64,000 nt of DNA, taken from positions 963,538-1,027,537 of the forward strand of contig NW_003314270.1 in assembly GCF_000143415.4 (NCBI RefSeq), given 5' to 3'. Origin of the DNA: Selaginella moellendorffii. Its lineage: Eukaryota > Plantae > Lycopodiophyta. The notes below the pieces were generated by a model that was given only the letters and a program-made list of their open reading frames with translations, did not search any database and was not told where the DNA came from. Positions 51,724 to 64,000 of the stretch are shown here, one piece after another. Position 1 is the first letter of the stretch. Each line of letters begins with the position of its first letter. The translations under genes and the position numbers were made by a program.

Positions 51724-52124
51724 TGTTAGGATCCTATCCCTTACACCCTAAACCAACTAGCTTAAGGGGTGATCACTTGATTGCAGGGCCCTTTCTTTAT
51801 CCTATTATCCTGATCTAGTGCCTAACAATCCTCCCCTCGCTAGGGAATGATCGTCCACGATCATACTTAAGCCACCATCCGGTCACCATGGTACTTCTCT
51901 TAGGGACCCTAAGCCTACCAAGCCTTGGTTCTCCCTTTAGATCCACTATGTTGAATATTCCTTCAAAATATTCCTGCCCCACTCGTCAGCCACAAGAATC
52001 AAACTGGGCTCCGATACCAATGTTATGATCCTATCCCTTACACCCTAAACCAACTGGCTAAAGGGGTGATCACTTGATTGCAAGGCCCTTTCTTTATCCT
52101 ATTATCCTGACCTGGTGCCTAACA
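51724..52124 (-). mobile_element. Complete TRIM (401 bp): 104-bp LTRs and 193-bp non-coding internal domain
   Basis: LTRs 51724-51827 and 52021-52124. PBS tggtatcggagcc next to the right LTR. PPT gcgaggggaggat next to the left LTR. Confidence 0.93.
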
Positions 52125-53989
52125 AAAATAGTGTATCATAATAGGTTGAAATTGGTTACTGTAGTATGGAGTTGAAGTAATGGGCAATCCAAGTGTCAGT
52201 AAAATTAGATATAAGATATATGAGGATGCTTTTGAGAGGCAAGTGTTGGGCTTGGGTCCATGGTGACAAGTCTACTTCTATTCCAACCCCATGTTTCCAT
52301 AGGGAATGAAAGCAAGTAGGATTTTCAAGATAGTGCTAGTTATATTGTTGCAACACTGATGTCAACTATACAAAGCGGCTTGAAGATACTATAGTGACTA
52401 AACCTAATGTAGTACCTAAAGAATGGCTAGTTGCTAATAGGGTCATGCTCACCTCAAATGAGATTGAAAACCTTGAGAAATCTAATTTCAATCTTGAGAG
52501 GAGAGTTGGAAACATGAGTGAGAGAACCAAGACTATTCCCATAGAGATGCACAGAAAGCTAGCAAGAAAAGATAAGGCAATTAAATTGATTGGTACCGTC
52601 TCCAAGTAGAAGCAGGGTAAAATAAGATTGGCTTAAATACTTGAGTGTGAGATTCTTTCCATAAAGTACATCACTACGCTTGCAAAGGAGTACATAGTCA
52701 AAAAAAAATGTGGAGAGTAGACAATCATCATTCAAGACCTTCCTTCTTGCACATGTTCAGACTTTATGAAGCGTGAGGAACATAGAAAGGTATATGTTTT
52801 TTACAAACATATGTACTACATCTTTATCAACATCTTGCACTAGAATTCTAAAGTGGATATTTATATATACCAAAAAAGCTTTATTATTGTTGAGTTGTAG
52901 AAGACTTTTGGAGCTAACTAGATTTTCCAAGACTATCAATGTTTATTCTCTATCAATAATATAAACTTATTATACTTTATATAATTAATATAAAAAATTT
53001 TAATTTCACTTTTCATTACATATACTTGCAAGTGTTCTTTCCGCAATATTGCCCATAGTACTTATATGTCTTCATTTTTGTCTTTATCATCCCAAAACAT
53101 ATTTCGTAGTAACCTTTTAGGTGCATGATTTTGTAGTGTTTTGTAAGAGTATATATACCATTATAGATCATCACCATTATTTTCACTAGAAGCTAGAAAA
53201 CATAAGGGCATTTCTTGAAAGTCATGGAATTGTAATTTTCTAAAATAAGTAGGAGAACATTCTATTTCACCCAATTTGTTACACTCTTTATCATTGTATT
53301 TATCTTTAACTCGTAATCACTATCTTCACTATCCTGTCTTTATTTCTCTTATATGGTTTGGTTATGTTATACAATGGGATGACTATTGCAACTTCTAGCC
53401 TTTGAATTACTACTTTGGGAAGAAAAATTGCAAGAGTTAAAATTACTAATATTAAACCTTATAAATGTTTGTATGCACTTCCCTCTCTTCGAATATGACT
53501 GCAAGTGAAGATCCATAAATCTAAACATTATACTATGCTGAACCCCTCAAGAATGTATTCTAGAGAAGAATCAAGTCTCTCTTTTATATGCAATAAGCCT
53601 ACATCAATAGTTTTTTTTCCTTTCAAACAGTTATATGGCTTTATATAGAAATCTTATTTCAAATTTAATAATTTTTAAAGTCTGAAAAACTTGATATTTA
53701 CTAGCTAGAGAATATAGAGTATAGATTTAAGAGGAAGTGACAAGAATACTTTTTCTAGAAACATCTTATTTTATGTTATAATAAACATGGCATATAATTA
53801 ATATTTAAATTGTTAGAATATGAATTGTCCTTTAGAACATTTTTATCTATTTAATATATAGAGAGTTGTGAAATTACTAGATTCACCATAACCTTAATAT
53901 TTTAAAGTTTATAATATTTTTTTTAAATTACAATAGAAAATTAAGCTCAACTCGTGAGCTCGTAAGCTCAAGTATTGTCCACACTCCCA

Positions 53990-56722
53990 TAAAGAAAAAC
54001 CTTAACTATTAGACACATGGGCTAAGGATAGGAAAGTAGAACTTGAGTTTAGAGCCTTAAGCCACTGAACGAAGAGATGGAACTAAACTCTTAAACATAT
54101 AACCAAGGAGTAAAGAAATCAAAGCACAGAATAACTTTAGAGCTTTCAACTCAATGAGTGAAGGGACAAAAACACAAAGTGACTCCGGAACATACAACCC
54201 AAGGAGCAAAGGAACAAAAACACAGAGTGATGTTAGAGCAGTTGTAGAGTTTTTAACATCCCAATGCTAAGACTAGCATATAAAATAGAGTTACATATGC
54301 TTGGACTCAAACTGGATGCAAAACAAGGACAAGCACATAAGCAAGAGCTAAACTATAACCTAGGTTGGTTAACTATACTCGACTTACCCATTATCCCTAC
54401 TATACATTTAAGACCCCCCCACCCCCCTCCTCTTGAGGAATACATGCTTTAGGCTTTTGCCATAGTCCTATGAGTTAGTCTTTAAGACAATCACAAAAAT
54501 TTATTAAGTATAAAATGGTGTTAAATTGTAAATTTAGAAGTAGAAACAATATCATTGTGTTTAGGACAATCTCTACATTTTGTAGATATAGATTTAAACA
54601 CTTCCCATAAATAGTTAATAGGACCAACATAAGGAGCATGATAGCAAAAGTGTTTGGCAAACACAGTAAGTTATTATTTAGTAATATTAAGGGAGTAGTC
54701 TCAATATTGCAATTAGTCACTAGTCACTAGCCACTATAAGACACAACGGGACAAGAACTTTTTACTGGGCAAAATATGCTTAGTTAATAGTATGTAGGAA
54801 TTCCATTCTTATACTTGTTTAGTCTAAGTACATTTGAAATACCCAATTAACTCCATTAGTACAAGAGGGACTAATAAAGGTTCTAGCAATATTGGCTTTT
54901 TGATATCATGGTAGTAAAGAAAGAATACTTGAAAGAACTCACTAACAAGTAACTTTTGATACCCACAGTTACATTCACGACAATTTTATACTTGTCTAAC
55001 AAAAATGTAATACTCTAGATACAACATGAGAGCTTATGGATAAATATGGACAAATGACTAGTTGAATCTCATTGAACAATAAGCTCATCAATATATTTAG
55101 CTAACAACTTTGAGCACAACTAAAATAGCTAGCTACAAATGATTAACATTTAGCCTAAACTAAAGTGAAGACCATGAAATGGACTTATACAGATACACAA
55201 CCTCATAATCGACAAAGCTACAATATAGGTACTAACACCTCAATTGCAAACAATTAAGTTGGACATCACTTATTCTCAATTGAAGTATAGGGTTGCCAAG
55301 ACTAAATCAAGATCAGTGAGAGTTCACTATTTTCATAACTTCTAATGAAATACAAGGTGCAACTTGTCATTGACACTACAAAGAAAGGCATAAAGGTTAT
55401 TTTTTTTGAAAAATGCAACAACAATTTGAATGTGACACCCAATTTGAATTCTCCACTTCAAATATAAAGTCAACTTTGATCAACTTTATCAACTCAACAT
55501 AGAAAATATTGAACTTTAGAGGTCCCAACCTAAACACCAACAAGATTATATTCCCCTTTTTCCTTATTTTTCTAGGGTAAGAGAGTTCACATAACAGATA
55601 TGTTTGAGTAGGATTTCAATGTATAAGAGAGTGTTCTCCCCACTGTTGAGAGGCTCCCCTTTCAATATCTTGACTCCACTAGAGAGGATTGCCTTCTAGT
55701 TAAGTTAACAAAAGTTGCAAACTTTGATGAGAACCTCGGCACTAGTGTTGGAGAGATTTTAGAAGCAAGGAGGAATGTGCCTAACTACAAAATTCTAGGC
55801 ATCATGCTCAAATTCTAAAGATGTATTTTTATTTTTCATTCTTTTTAGACAGCATAAGTGGGTTTTATTCTCTTTGTGGCTTATTCGAGAATCAATTCAA
55901 GAAATAGTAATCATGTCTTGTAGATTTGGTCAGGATATATGGTTTAGCATCAAGAATTTCTAGATTTAATGCAAGAATCAACACATGCAATTTCTATTTC
56001 CTCACGGCTATAATGCATGTGGTTTTCACCTTTTATCTTATAGTGATTTATCATAGGATAACAATGAAATGCAATCTAAATTCTCATAAACTATGTGTTA
56101 TATGCTATGTGCCACATAAGAGCTAAACTATGCCTCAAGTTGGTTGGCCATACCTAACTTACCCACTATCCCTACTATACATTTGGAACCACCACCCCCC
56201 CCCCCCCTCTGTGCCCCCCTCCCCCCTTTCGATAACTTTTGATACCCGTCCCATAGTCACATTCTATGTGTCCAAGGACAATAGACTAGGACCCATGTTT
56301 CAAAGCCTTGGGCCACCAAATGAAGGAATAGAGCTAAACTTCCAAGCTTATAACTAAGGAATAAAGGAACCGAAGCATAGAGTGACTCTTAAGTGTTCAG
56401 CCCAAAGAGCAAAGGGATAGTAACACAAAATGACTTGGATTAGTCATAAAGCTTTTAGCATCCCAATGCTAAGATCAACATGCAAAATGGAGTTAAACAG
56501 AGTTTAATGCTATTTTAGCATATCAATGGTCTAACATGATGATATAGATACTTCACCAGCTAGTATGGTTTAGAACTTAGGCTTAGACCTAACCAAATGC
56601 AAAATAAGGACAAGCACAAACATGCAAAAAAAGGATAGATGGGAGCTAGATTATGCCTCAGGTTAGTTGGTTATACTCAACCTACCCATTATCCCTATTA
56701 TACATTCATTTAAAACCCCCCA
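53990..56722 (-). repeat. Cluster of decayed LTR-like units (minus-strand TGTATAGTAGGG start preceded by a poly-G PPT-like tract)
   Basis: catcccaatgctaaga and tacccattatccctactatacattt + poly-C blocks at ~54257-54430, 56130-56228 and 56458-56722. Internal ~55-bp subrepeats at 54040-54240 and 56330-56450. Confidence 0.6.
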
Positions 56723-56726
56723 CAAC

Positions 56727-56880
56727 CTTGCAAATTCTATTTTCACACCATCAAAATCTCATCAAGTTTTGTGGCCAGATCAATCACCTCTGGATTAAGC
56801 TTGTCTTGAAGATTCTTACTCAAATGCAATCTAATTCCATCACTATTCAAGGATGCCTTTAAACATGGCAAAGTAAGGAC
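56727..56880 (-). mobile_element. Integrase fragment of the 47243-51717 gypsy family
   Basis: Colinear with 47883-48037. Confidence 0.8.
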
Positions 56881-57050
56881 TTAATTTAGTTTCAATTCGC
56901 CACTAGGTGGGGTGTATGCCATTGATGCTATATGGGCAAATCAGAGGCCACACCATCCATATGCAATCAAGCCGACCGGAACATAAATCCATGAATGGCC
57001 ATATTCACCCCACACTCACAAAGTGTGTATGAGGTAGCAAATGGTTGCAT

Positions 57051-57187
57051 ACACTCAGACACATGCCCTCAGGCATATGTTGCATTCAAAACTTTGATGA
57101 TTCATAAAATTCTGCAATTCACATCATGTATTGCATTTCACTATGTTCTTCATTATTGTGAGAGCCTAGATAGCTATTGCTGAGAGT
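57051..57187 (-). pseudogene. Orphan 5.8S rRNA pseudogene (CpG-decayed), possibly with ITS remnants on either side
   Basis: Minus strand actctcagcaa...atgaagaacatagtgaaatgcaatac.tgatgtgaattgcagaatt..tgaatcatcaaagttttgaatgca matches the conserved 5.8S motifs with CG>TG/CA changes. Confidence 0.88.
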
Positions 57188-57354
57188 AACATAAGATCAA
57201 AAACAGCTAGTTGATAACAATCACATGGCCTACATTTGAGTGGCTAGTGATCTAGTCCCAGATCACTACATATAATGACGGCATCGGGGAGAAGAGGGCA
57301 AACCTAGCTGCAACTGTGGATGTCACATTTCCCATGGTTGAGAATCCACAAATT

Positions 57355-60300
57355 TGTTGGGAATTATGGGAACAAGAACAACACCTTCTTCTTGGTGGAA
57401 AGAGCTCTAGCCGGGTGTAAACTAAAAAATGCAGAAGACAAAGAGAAACACAGCGGAAATGAAGAAGAGGCCTTAGACTAGCGTTGATTTAGATTGTAGA
57501 GAAATGGAACAAGGCAAACCTATATATACTATAAGTTGATGAAGCTCCACCACTCTTGGATCAAGGACGGCCTAAATATAGCTAAGGTTGAGAAAGTGTC
57601 ATGTCATCATCAAGAATGTGGTTCAAGACTCAAGAATCGTATAGGAAATCAGAGAGTCAGGAATAGAGAAGTATCTTGATAGTCAAGAATATGGAAGTGT
57701 CTCGAGAGTCAGGAATATGGTCTATGGGTCAGGAATCCAGTGAGAGTCAGAAATGTGGCAAGAATTGGGGGATTCCTAACAACACCCCCTCCTCAAGAAC
57801 GAGTAGAACAAGAACGTGAATGGGAACAAAGAGGAGGATGAGATGGGTGGCGAGGGATGGGAGAGGTAGAATGAAAAGAATGAGGACTGGGATGAGAAGG
57901 ATAGTGGCAATGGAAGTCTTGAACAAGGTCAAGAGAATGAATCAAGTTGTCAAGTGCATTTCTCACGTCCGTAACCCTTCCAGTCTACCAAATAGTAGAG
58001 TTTAGACTGTGAGATCTTGGAATCAAGGATGTCCTAAACCTCATACTCAGACCCATCCTCGAGCTGCACTGGTGGAGGTGGAGGCATGACCCAATTTGAA
58101 ATAGGACTGGGAATATAAGGCTCAAGGAGGGAGGAGTGAAAAACTAGGTGAATTTGATATGAGGGAAGTGCAAGGTGATAAATGACAGGATTAATGATGG
58201 TAGTGATAGGGAAAGGACCGAGGCGTTTGAAATCAAGTTTGGGACATGGCCTAATGGTGGAGATATTTCGCCTGAGGAGCCAGACTTTATCCCCGATATT
58301 GTACCGGGGACCATCTTAACGATGTGGTTTGGTGATGTTTTGTGAGATTCTTAAGCACGATGGAGGTGGAAGGAGATGGAGTTGTGGATTTCCTGGAGGT
58401 TGGAGACAAATGCCTCAGAACAGGGATTGGAATGAGAGGATTCGGATGGAGAAGTGAGAGATTGAATCGAGGATTTCAGTCAGAGTTTGCAAAGAAGGGG
58501 GAAACTCGAAGGGAGGAGTGAACAGAGTTGTTATAGGAGAACACAGCAAGGGGAAAGATATCAAACCAGTCATTTTGATGATAGTTGATGAAGCACCTCA
58601 GGAATTGTTCCAACATCTTAATTGTTCGCTCAGATTGTCCCTTAGTTTGAGGATGATACGCCGAAGAAAGGTTGCCCTTCACTCCAAGCAATTGCAAGAA
58701 CTGTTGCCAAAAATGAGAGATGAACTGAGTGCGCCATTTTTGTGAAGCGATCCACCATGACTAAAATGTTGTTGAAGCCTCTAGAACTCAAAAGATCACT
58801 CAAGAAATCCATAGAGATGGATTCCCAAGGACTTGAAGTGACCGGGAGGGAACGAAGCAAACCTGAAGGAAGGTGGTGAGGTACCTTATTCCAGGCACAA
58901 GTGTTGCAGGAGGTAACAAAAGCTTTGATGTAGTTGTCCATGTGGGGCCACTAAAAGTCCCATGCAACTAGCTTATAGGTTTTTGCAATGCCGAAGTGAC
59001 TAGAAGTCGGGCTATCGTGGCACACCATTAGGACCAACCTTCAAGCATCACCTTCAGGAACGTAAAAGTGCTCCCCATGGTACAATAAGCCATTTAAAAA
59101 CTCGAACTCGTCAAATCGCCAACAATCAGAAGTCACTGGGTGTCCAGCCTGAAGATGGGGGAAAATGTCGCTGGTGAGGTCATCGGATTAAAGATCGTTT
59201 CTGATCGCATCCATCAAGGAGGAGTCCTAAGGGGCCAAGGAAATTGCCATAACTTGAAGCCGATCAGAACCAGGGATAACCTGATCTTGTTGATCGAAGG
59301 CAAGATTACCAAGCCTAAAACTAAGATAGGAGTGCATTGAAAGAGCATCAGGAAGGCCCTAAAGCTTTCCAGGTTTGTACTTGATAACAAAGTCAAATTG
59401 ACTTAGGAATTGTGCCCACCTTGCCTAATGACGGCTCAAAACTCAGAAAGTGGCAAAGTACTTGAGATTTTTGTGATCCATCCAGACTGTTTTCTGATGG
59501 CTTGCCCCCTCCAAGAAAAAATGCCACTCTCCAAAGGAATCCACGATGGCAAGGAGCTCCTTGTCATGGATTTCGTAATTGAACCCCGAGGCAAGGTTCT
59601 CGTCCACATACTCTTTAAGGGCTTTAAGCTCAGATGGGGATAACCCGTAGATAGGCCCCCACAGAGGTGATGCTCCTTCCTATAAATCAATGAGACAGTC
59701 ATAAGGCTGATGAATAAGTAGTACATCAGCTTTTTTTTTGTTAAACACATCTCCAAAATCATAATACTTCTTAGGAAGACTGACAAGAGAAACATGTAAA
59801 GCAAAAAGGAAAATAAGTTCTTCGTGAAGGAGTTCTTTCATAGTGATTGTGGAGATAGGAGGAGGTGTATGATTGAATGGAATGATGAGACGAGGATACT
59901 ATCCAATGTAAGATGGAAGAGAGGGGAAAGAAGAGGGTGAAAACTTCATAAAGTCAGGAATAGAACCCTCATTTAAGTTTAAGGAACTTTTCCTTATTCG
60001 GACTCGATAAACAGTAGAGGAAGACGTGGGAGATGGTGATGTGAGAGAGACGAGTTGTAATTCCTTCCAACAGATCTAAATTGGAACCAAGGAAGGCCAA
60101 GCACCACAAAGGAGGACTTGCTGTTGATGATGTTGAAGGTCATATTGGTGACGGTGGACCCAATATGTACTCGAATGGGCAATGTTTCCCTAAGCAAAAG
60201 ATGGAGACACAAAATGCCTACTAAGGCCTTCAATCCTCAAATCCTGTATGGTAGGAGAAAAAGGAACGTGATGTTGGGCAGCAAAGTCTATGTCCATGAA

Positions 60301-61907
60301 GCAAGAAGTTGCACCTGAGTCCAGTAGCACTAGAGCCTTGAGTCCTGATTGTCTAGTGAAAGAAAGGAGACATGGGATGTAGAAGTTGTAGGAATTGGTG
60401 GTGGCTTCGATGAAAGGTGGTGAGGATCTTGATAAAGAAGAAAAGTGATTTTTATTTGGGGAGTCCAAACAGACAGCTCCTACTCTATTTGGATAGGGTT
60501 GTTTCCCGACTACAACAGAGGTGGACCTTGAGGCATAGTGAACTCGAGCAGTCAGGGAGGCTTCTTGGGACACACAGTTGCTTTGTGATTAGGATCAACA
60601 CAGTAGAGGCAAAGATTATGAGATACTCGACGTTTCTTCACAACAGGACTCAACTTCCCTTTGATGAGTCGGGGAGTACTAGAAATATCCATCGGGACCG
60701 GAGCAGTATGTTCAGGAGTATGCCCCGAAGACTTAAGCTGGGATTTCTGAGTCTGGGACAGGAAAACAGCGGCATGGTGACTTTCCTAACGACGTTCAAA
60801 GAGATGATTGTCGCATCAAACAGCTTTGTTGATAGCATCTGACAGGTTCGTGGGATTCTCCATGGTGAGCAACAAATCCTTCACACTGTTGTTGAAGCTG
60901 AAACAAAATTGATCAATTAGGGCCCGCTCATCCCATTGAGTGTCCAAGGCAAGGAGTTGGAACTCTGTAGCATAGATCGAGGCAGGACGAGACTCCTGAG
61001 AGAGACGTCTCATTTTTGTGGTGGTAGCCTGAACTCAATCTGTCTCGCCAAAACATGCTTGAAGCTTTTCTTTGAACAACTGAAGATCCATCAGCTCTAG
61101 AACCACGACCCCTTTTATGCTCTTCTCTAGGAGAGGAGAAAACCATGACAAAGCTACACCTTCGAGCAGCATCCCGATTGTGCCGATTTAAGACTTGGGA
61201 GTGGGGTACCGCTGATGTTGAAGTGTGAGGATCAGCTCTATCTGGTTCAGGAATCCACAAAGCTCTAAATGCTTTCTTGAGAACTTCATCGGGAAACTCA
61301 CCTTTAGTTCAGGAACTTTGCTTGATCCTTGAGCCGAAAGTGAAGCAAGCTCTTGTTACATATGAAGAAGGTCACCTTTAGCTTGGTATTCTCATATTGG
61401 ATTTTTACAAGGACTTTGGCAAAAAAATCAGGATGGCTTTGGAGACTCCATCGGGAAAGAAGAAAGAAAAGGGGAGAAAAAGGCAAAGGTAGTCAAACAA
61501 TCAAAACGAGCTAAAGCAAAAGCAAAAAACACAATTTGAATCAAACTATCAAGACCCTCAACAAAATCAAGACTGGAAAATGCAGAGGACAAAGAGAAAC
61601 ACTAGTGGAAATGAAGAAGAGGCCTTAGACTAGTGTTGATTCAAATTGTGAATAAATGAAACAAGGCTAACCTATATATACTATAGGTTGATGAAGCTCC
61701 ACCACTCTTGGATCAAGGACGGCCTAAATATAATTGAGGTCGAGGAGGTGCCACATCATCATCAAGAATGTGGTTTGAGACTCAGGAATCATATGGGAAA
61801 TCAGAGAGTCAGGAATAAGGAAGTGTCCCAAAAGTCATAAATATGCTCTGCGGGTCAGGAATTCGGTGAGAGTTAGGAATGTGGCAAGAATTAAGGGATT
61901 CCTAACA
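57355..61907 (-). mobile_element. Chromovirus-type Ty3/gypsy element with internal deletions
   Basis: LTR 57355-57781 with PPT gaggagggggtgt, and a partial LTR ~61577-61907. TSD aaatt/aaatc. Gag YATEFQLLALDTQWDERAL, protease LLDSGATSCF, integrase SMDFL/VDRFTKMAH/SAYHPQTKGQSER, and chromodomain EYEV..ILDSK...YLVDWKGYG. Confidence 0.9.
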
Positions 61908-62017
61908 AAATCCTCCTTCCATTTGTGCTATCATCCCCTAGCCATTTGCTGGAAGCTATTGTTGTAAGCAAATTGCACTAATGAAAGATATAAATCTCAG
62001 TGTCCCTCTTTTCACCT

Positions 62018-62231
62018 TGTACTATAAAAGATAAAAATCTAGTCTTTCTAGACTACATTACACCTCTTCTTGAGGTTCCTCACCACTTAACCATGCCTTG
62101 AGCTACATCAAAAGCTCCACTATACTACCGCTCCACTGTGAGCCCTAGGGTAGGCTAAGTTCTTTACTCTAATATGCCTTCATATTCCCTTTTACCCATG
62201 TTAACCATGTGGTCAAAGTTGGTACCTAACA
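62018..62231 (-). mobile_element. Diverged solo LTR of the 47243-51717 family
   Basis: cttgaggttcctcaccac...aaaagctccact...ctgtgagccctagggtagg...ggtacctaaca. Confidence 0.8.
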
Positions 62232-62429
62232 CCACTTTTAGTGGGAGATGATCTTGATTTGATGCAGGTTGATGCTATTACTTTTTGTGTTCAAGGGCAA
62301 AGGCAAGGGAAAGGATAATGGCATGGCAAGTGAAGTACATGCAGTGACATATGGGAAAAATGATATCTCATAGCATTATGTCAGTTGAAGAGTATCATCA
62401 AGGGTGGTTAAAACAAATATATATATAGT

Positions 62430-63040
62430 TAGTTCCACAAATTTTTTATGAAGCACTAGCCACAACATTCCCAACTTAATCCACTCTAACATATTTGGTT
62501 CTGCAATAAACAAGAGGTTCTACAAGCAAACACTAACTTACTTATGGCCTTTAACAAAGATGATATAAATACTAAAGGCATCATCACAATCATTAACATG
62601 TCTAAATGCACATTTGAAAACATCTGGGATAAGGCTCCAATACACACGAGTGGCTATAACCAAATTATTATACCACTACAATGTTGTCTATTGAAGACAT
62701 ATGGAAAACTTATATGAATAGAGTCAAAGGAGGAGAAGGCTACTACTTTGCAATAAAGATTAATGAAAAGGAGAAAAGCAAAATAGAAATGGAAAAAAAA
62801 AGTATATAAGATTTAGATGATGTAAAAGCTAGATCTAAACCAAAAGCTCAAATCCAAGCACTCTTTAAGAACAATCAAAGTTACCCTCATATCCACTAAT
62901 ATGAGTGCATGTAATATAAAAATGGATTACAAAAATGTCCATATTTAATTAGCCTAAAAACCCTAGCTTATATATAGGAGTGAGTGGTCCAGATTAAAAC
63001 CAGTTTGATGGCATTAAAATCCCATTAGGCTAATATTAGT
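62430..63040 (-). mobile_element. LTR and gag remnant of the same family as 11850-15333
   Basis: 62895-63040 is the reverse complement of 15186-15330. 62450-62620 is the reverse complement of 11870-12040. Confidence 0.75.
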
Positions 63041-63359
63041 ATATGGTATTATAGCCATACATCTAGACCTCATAATAATATATAAAGGACAATAAAAGAA
63101 AAGCTATAATATTATAATCTCCATTTATATAGATTTTTATATTTATATTTATAATATTTAGTTTCAATATAACTATTTAAAATAACTAAATTACTATATT
63201 GATTTCTCTTTCTTTATTATTCCTTTTCATTTTGCATACTCACTGTATAATTGAGTATTATGAAAGACCACAAGCTCTTCTGTTCCATATAGACAAAATT
63301 TTATCTTATGTATAATCTATAAATTTATTGAAGATGTTAATAATAAAGATAATTTATAT

Positions 63360-63780
63360 GTTAGAACATTGTAACAATCCTAAAGCATTTAACATCCCAA
63401 CACTAAGATTAACACATAAAATGGAGCCAAAAATGTATAACACTATTTAAAACTAATACCTTAATGCAAAGATATGGGTCCTCCACCAATTAGTATGGTA
63501 TGGAACTTGAGAAATAGAATGTAAAACAAGCATAAATATATACTTAGTAAGGAGCCAAATAATATCTTAAGTGGTCAACTATGCTTTCAATCTACTATAC
63601 ATTTGAAACCCCCTATAACCCCTAGAAACCCGATGCTAAAATTAATTAGCATGGTATAGAACTTGGGCTTACTTAAACCAGATGCAAACAAGAATAGTAA
63701 TGCACAGTGGAGAGCAAGACAATGTCTCAAATAATTATACATTTAACCTACCCAATATTCCTAGTATACATTTGGACTCA
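63360..63780 (-). repeat. Further copies of the LTR-like units seen at 53990-56722
   Basis: aacatcccaacactaaga, ctactatacatttgaaaccccc and tacccaatattcctagtatacatttgg. Confidence 0.6.
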
Positions 63781-64000
63781 TAAATTAATGTTTCGATGTA
63801 AGTATTTTCAAAGCATTGGCATGCCATGTTTGCATGGTTTTGTACACATTAGTGCTATGTATAATTCTTCAAGCACCAAACTCATCAATTAGTCACCATA
63901 TAATGCCAAGATAGAGAGAATATGCATTACAAGCAAAAATGTCAATCTCACTCAGTAACCTAGCAAAGCCTAGTTTCTACCACCACTATACAATCTTAGA

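Overview
Eukaryotic plant nuclear DNA. The very short introns (46-100 nt), compact genes and TGTTA...TAACA LTR families suggest a lycophyte such as Selaginella; this is an inference. Two gene islands are present. Island 1 (0.7-11.8 kb) holds a cupin_5/DUF985 gene and a ~14-exon SMG1 PIKK kinase that may lack its normal N-terminus. Island 2 (28.5-34.9 kb) holds a GA-oxidase-like 2-oxoglutarate dioxygenase, a DPB4/NF-YB11 histone-fold gene and an FG-GAP protein (NERD1-like). The rest is nested, mostly decayed Ty3/gypsy retroelements, TRIMs and AT-rich debris, with one 100-N gap. The most notable observations are: (1) a gypsy element and a TRIM joined end to end through what look like unprocessed cDNA ends, flanked together by a single TSD; (2) an LTR family whose LTRs carry a 12/6-bp minisatellite and whose interior has a dense array of six hairpins with twin tRNA-type T-loops; (3) a U6 snRNA derivative with a USE-like element, a TATA-like box and a terminator, but a mutated ACAGAGA box and a deleted ISL; (4) an orphan, CpG-decayed 5.8S rRNA; (5) a ~1.4-kb inverted duplication containing a 25-bp micro-inversion. 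Most six-frame ORFs outside the five genes are repeat or antisense artefacts.
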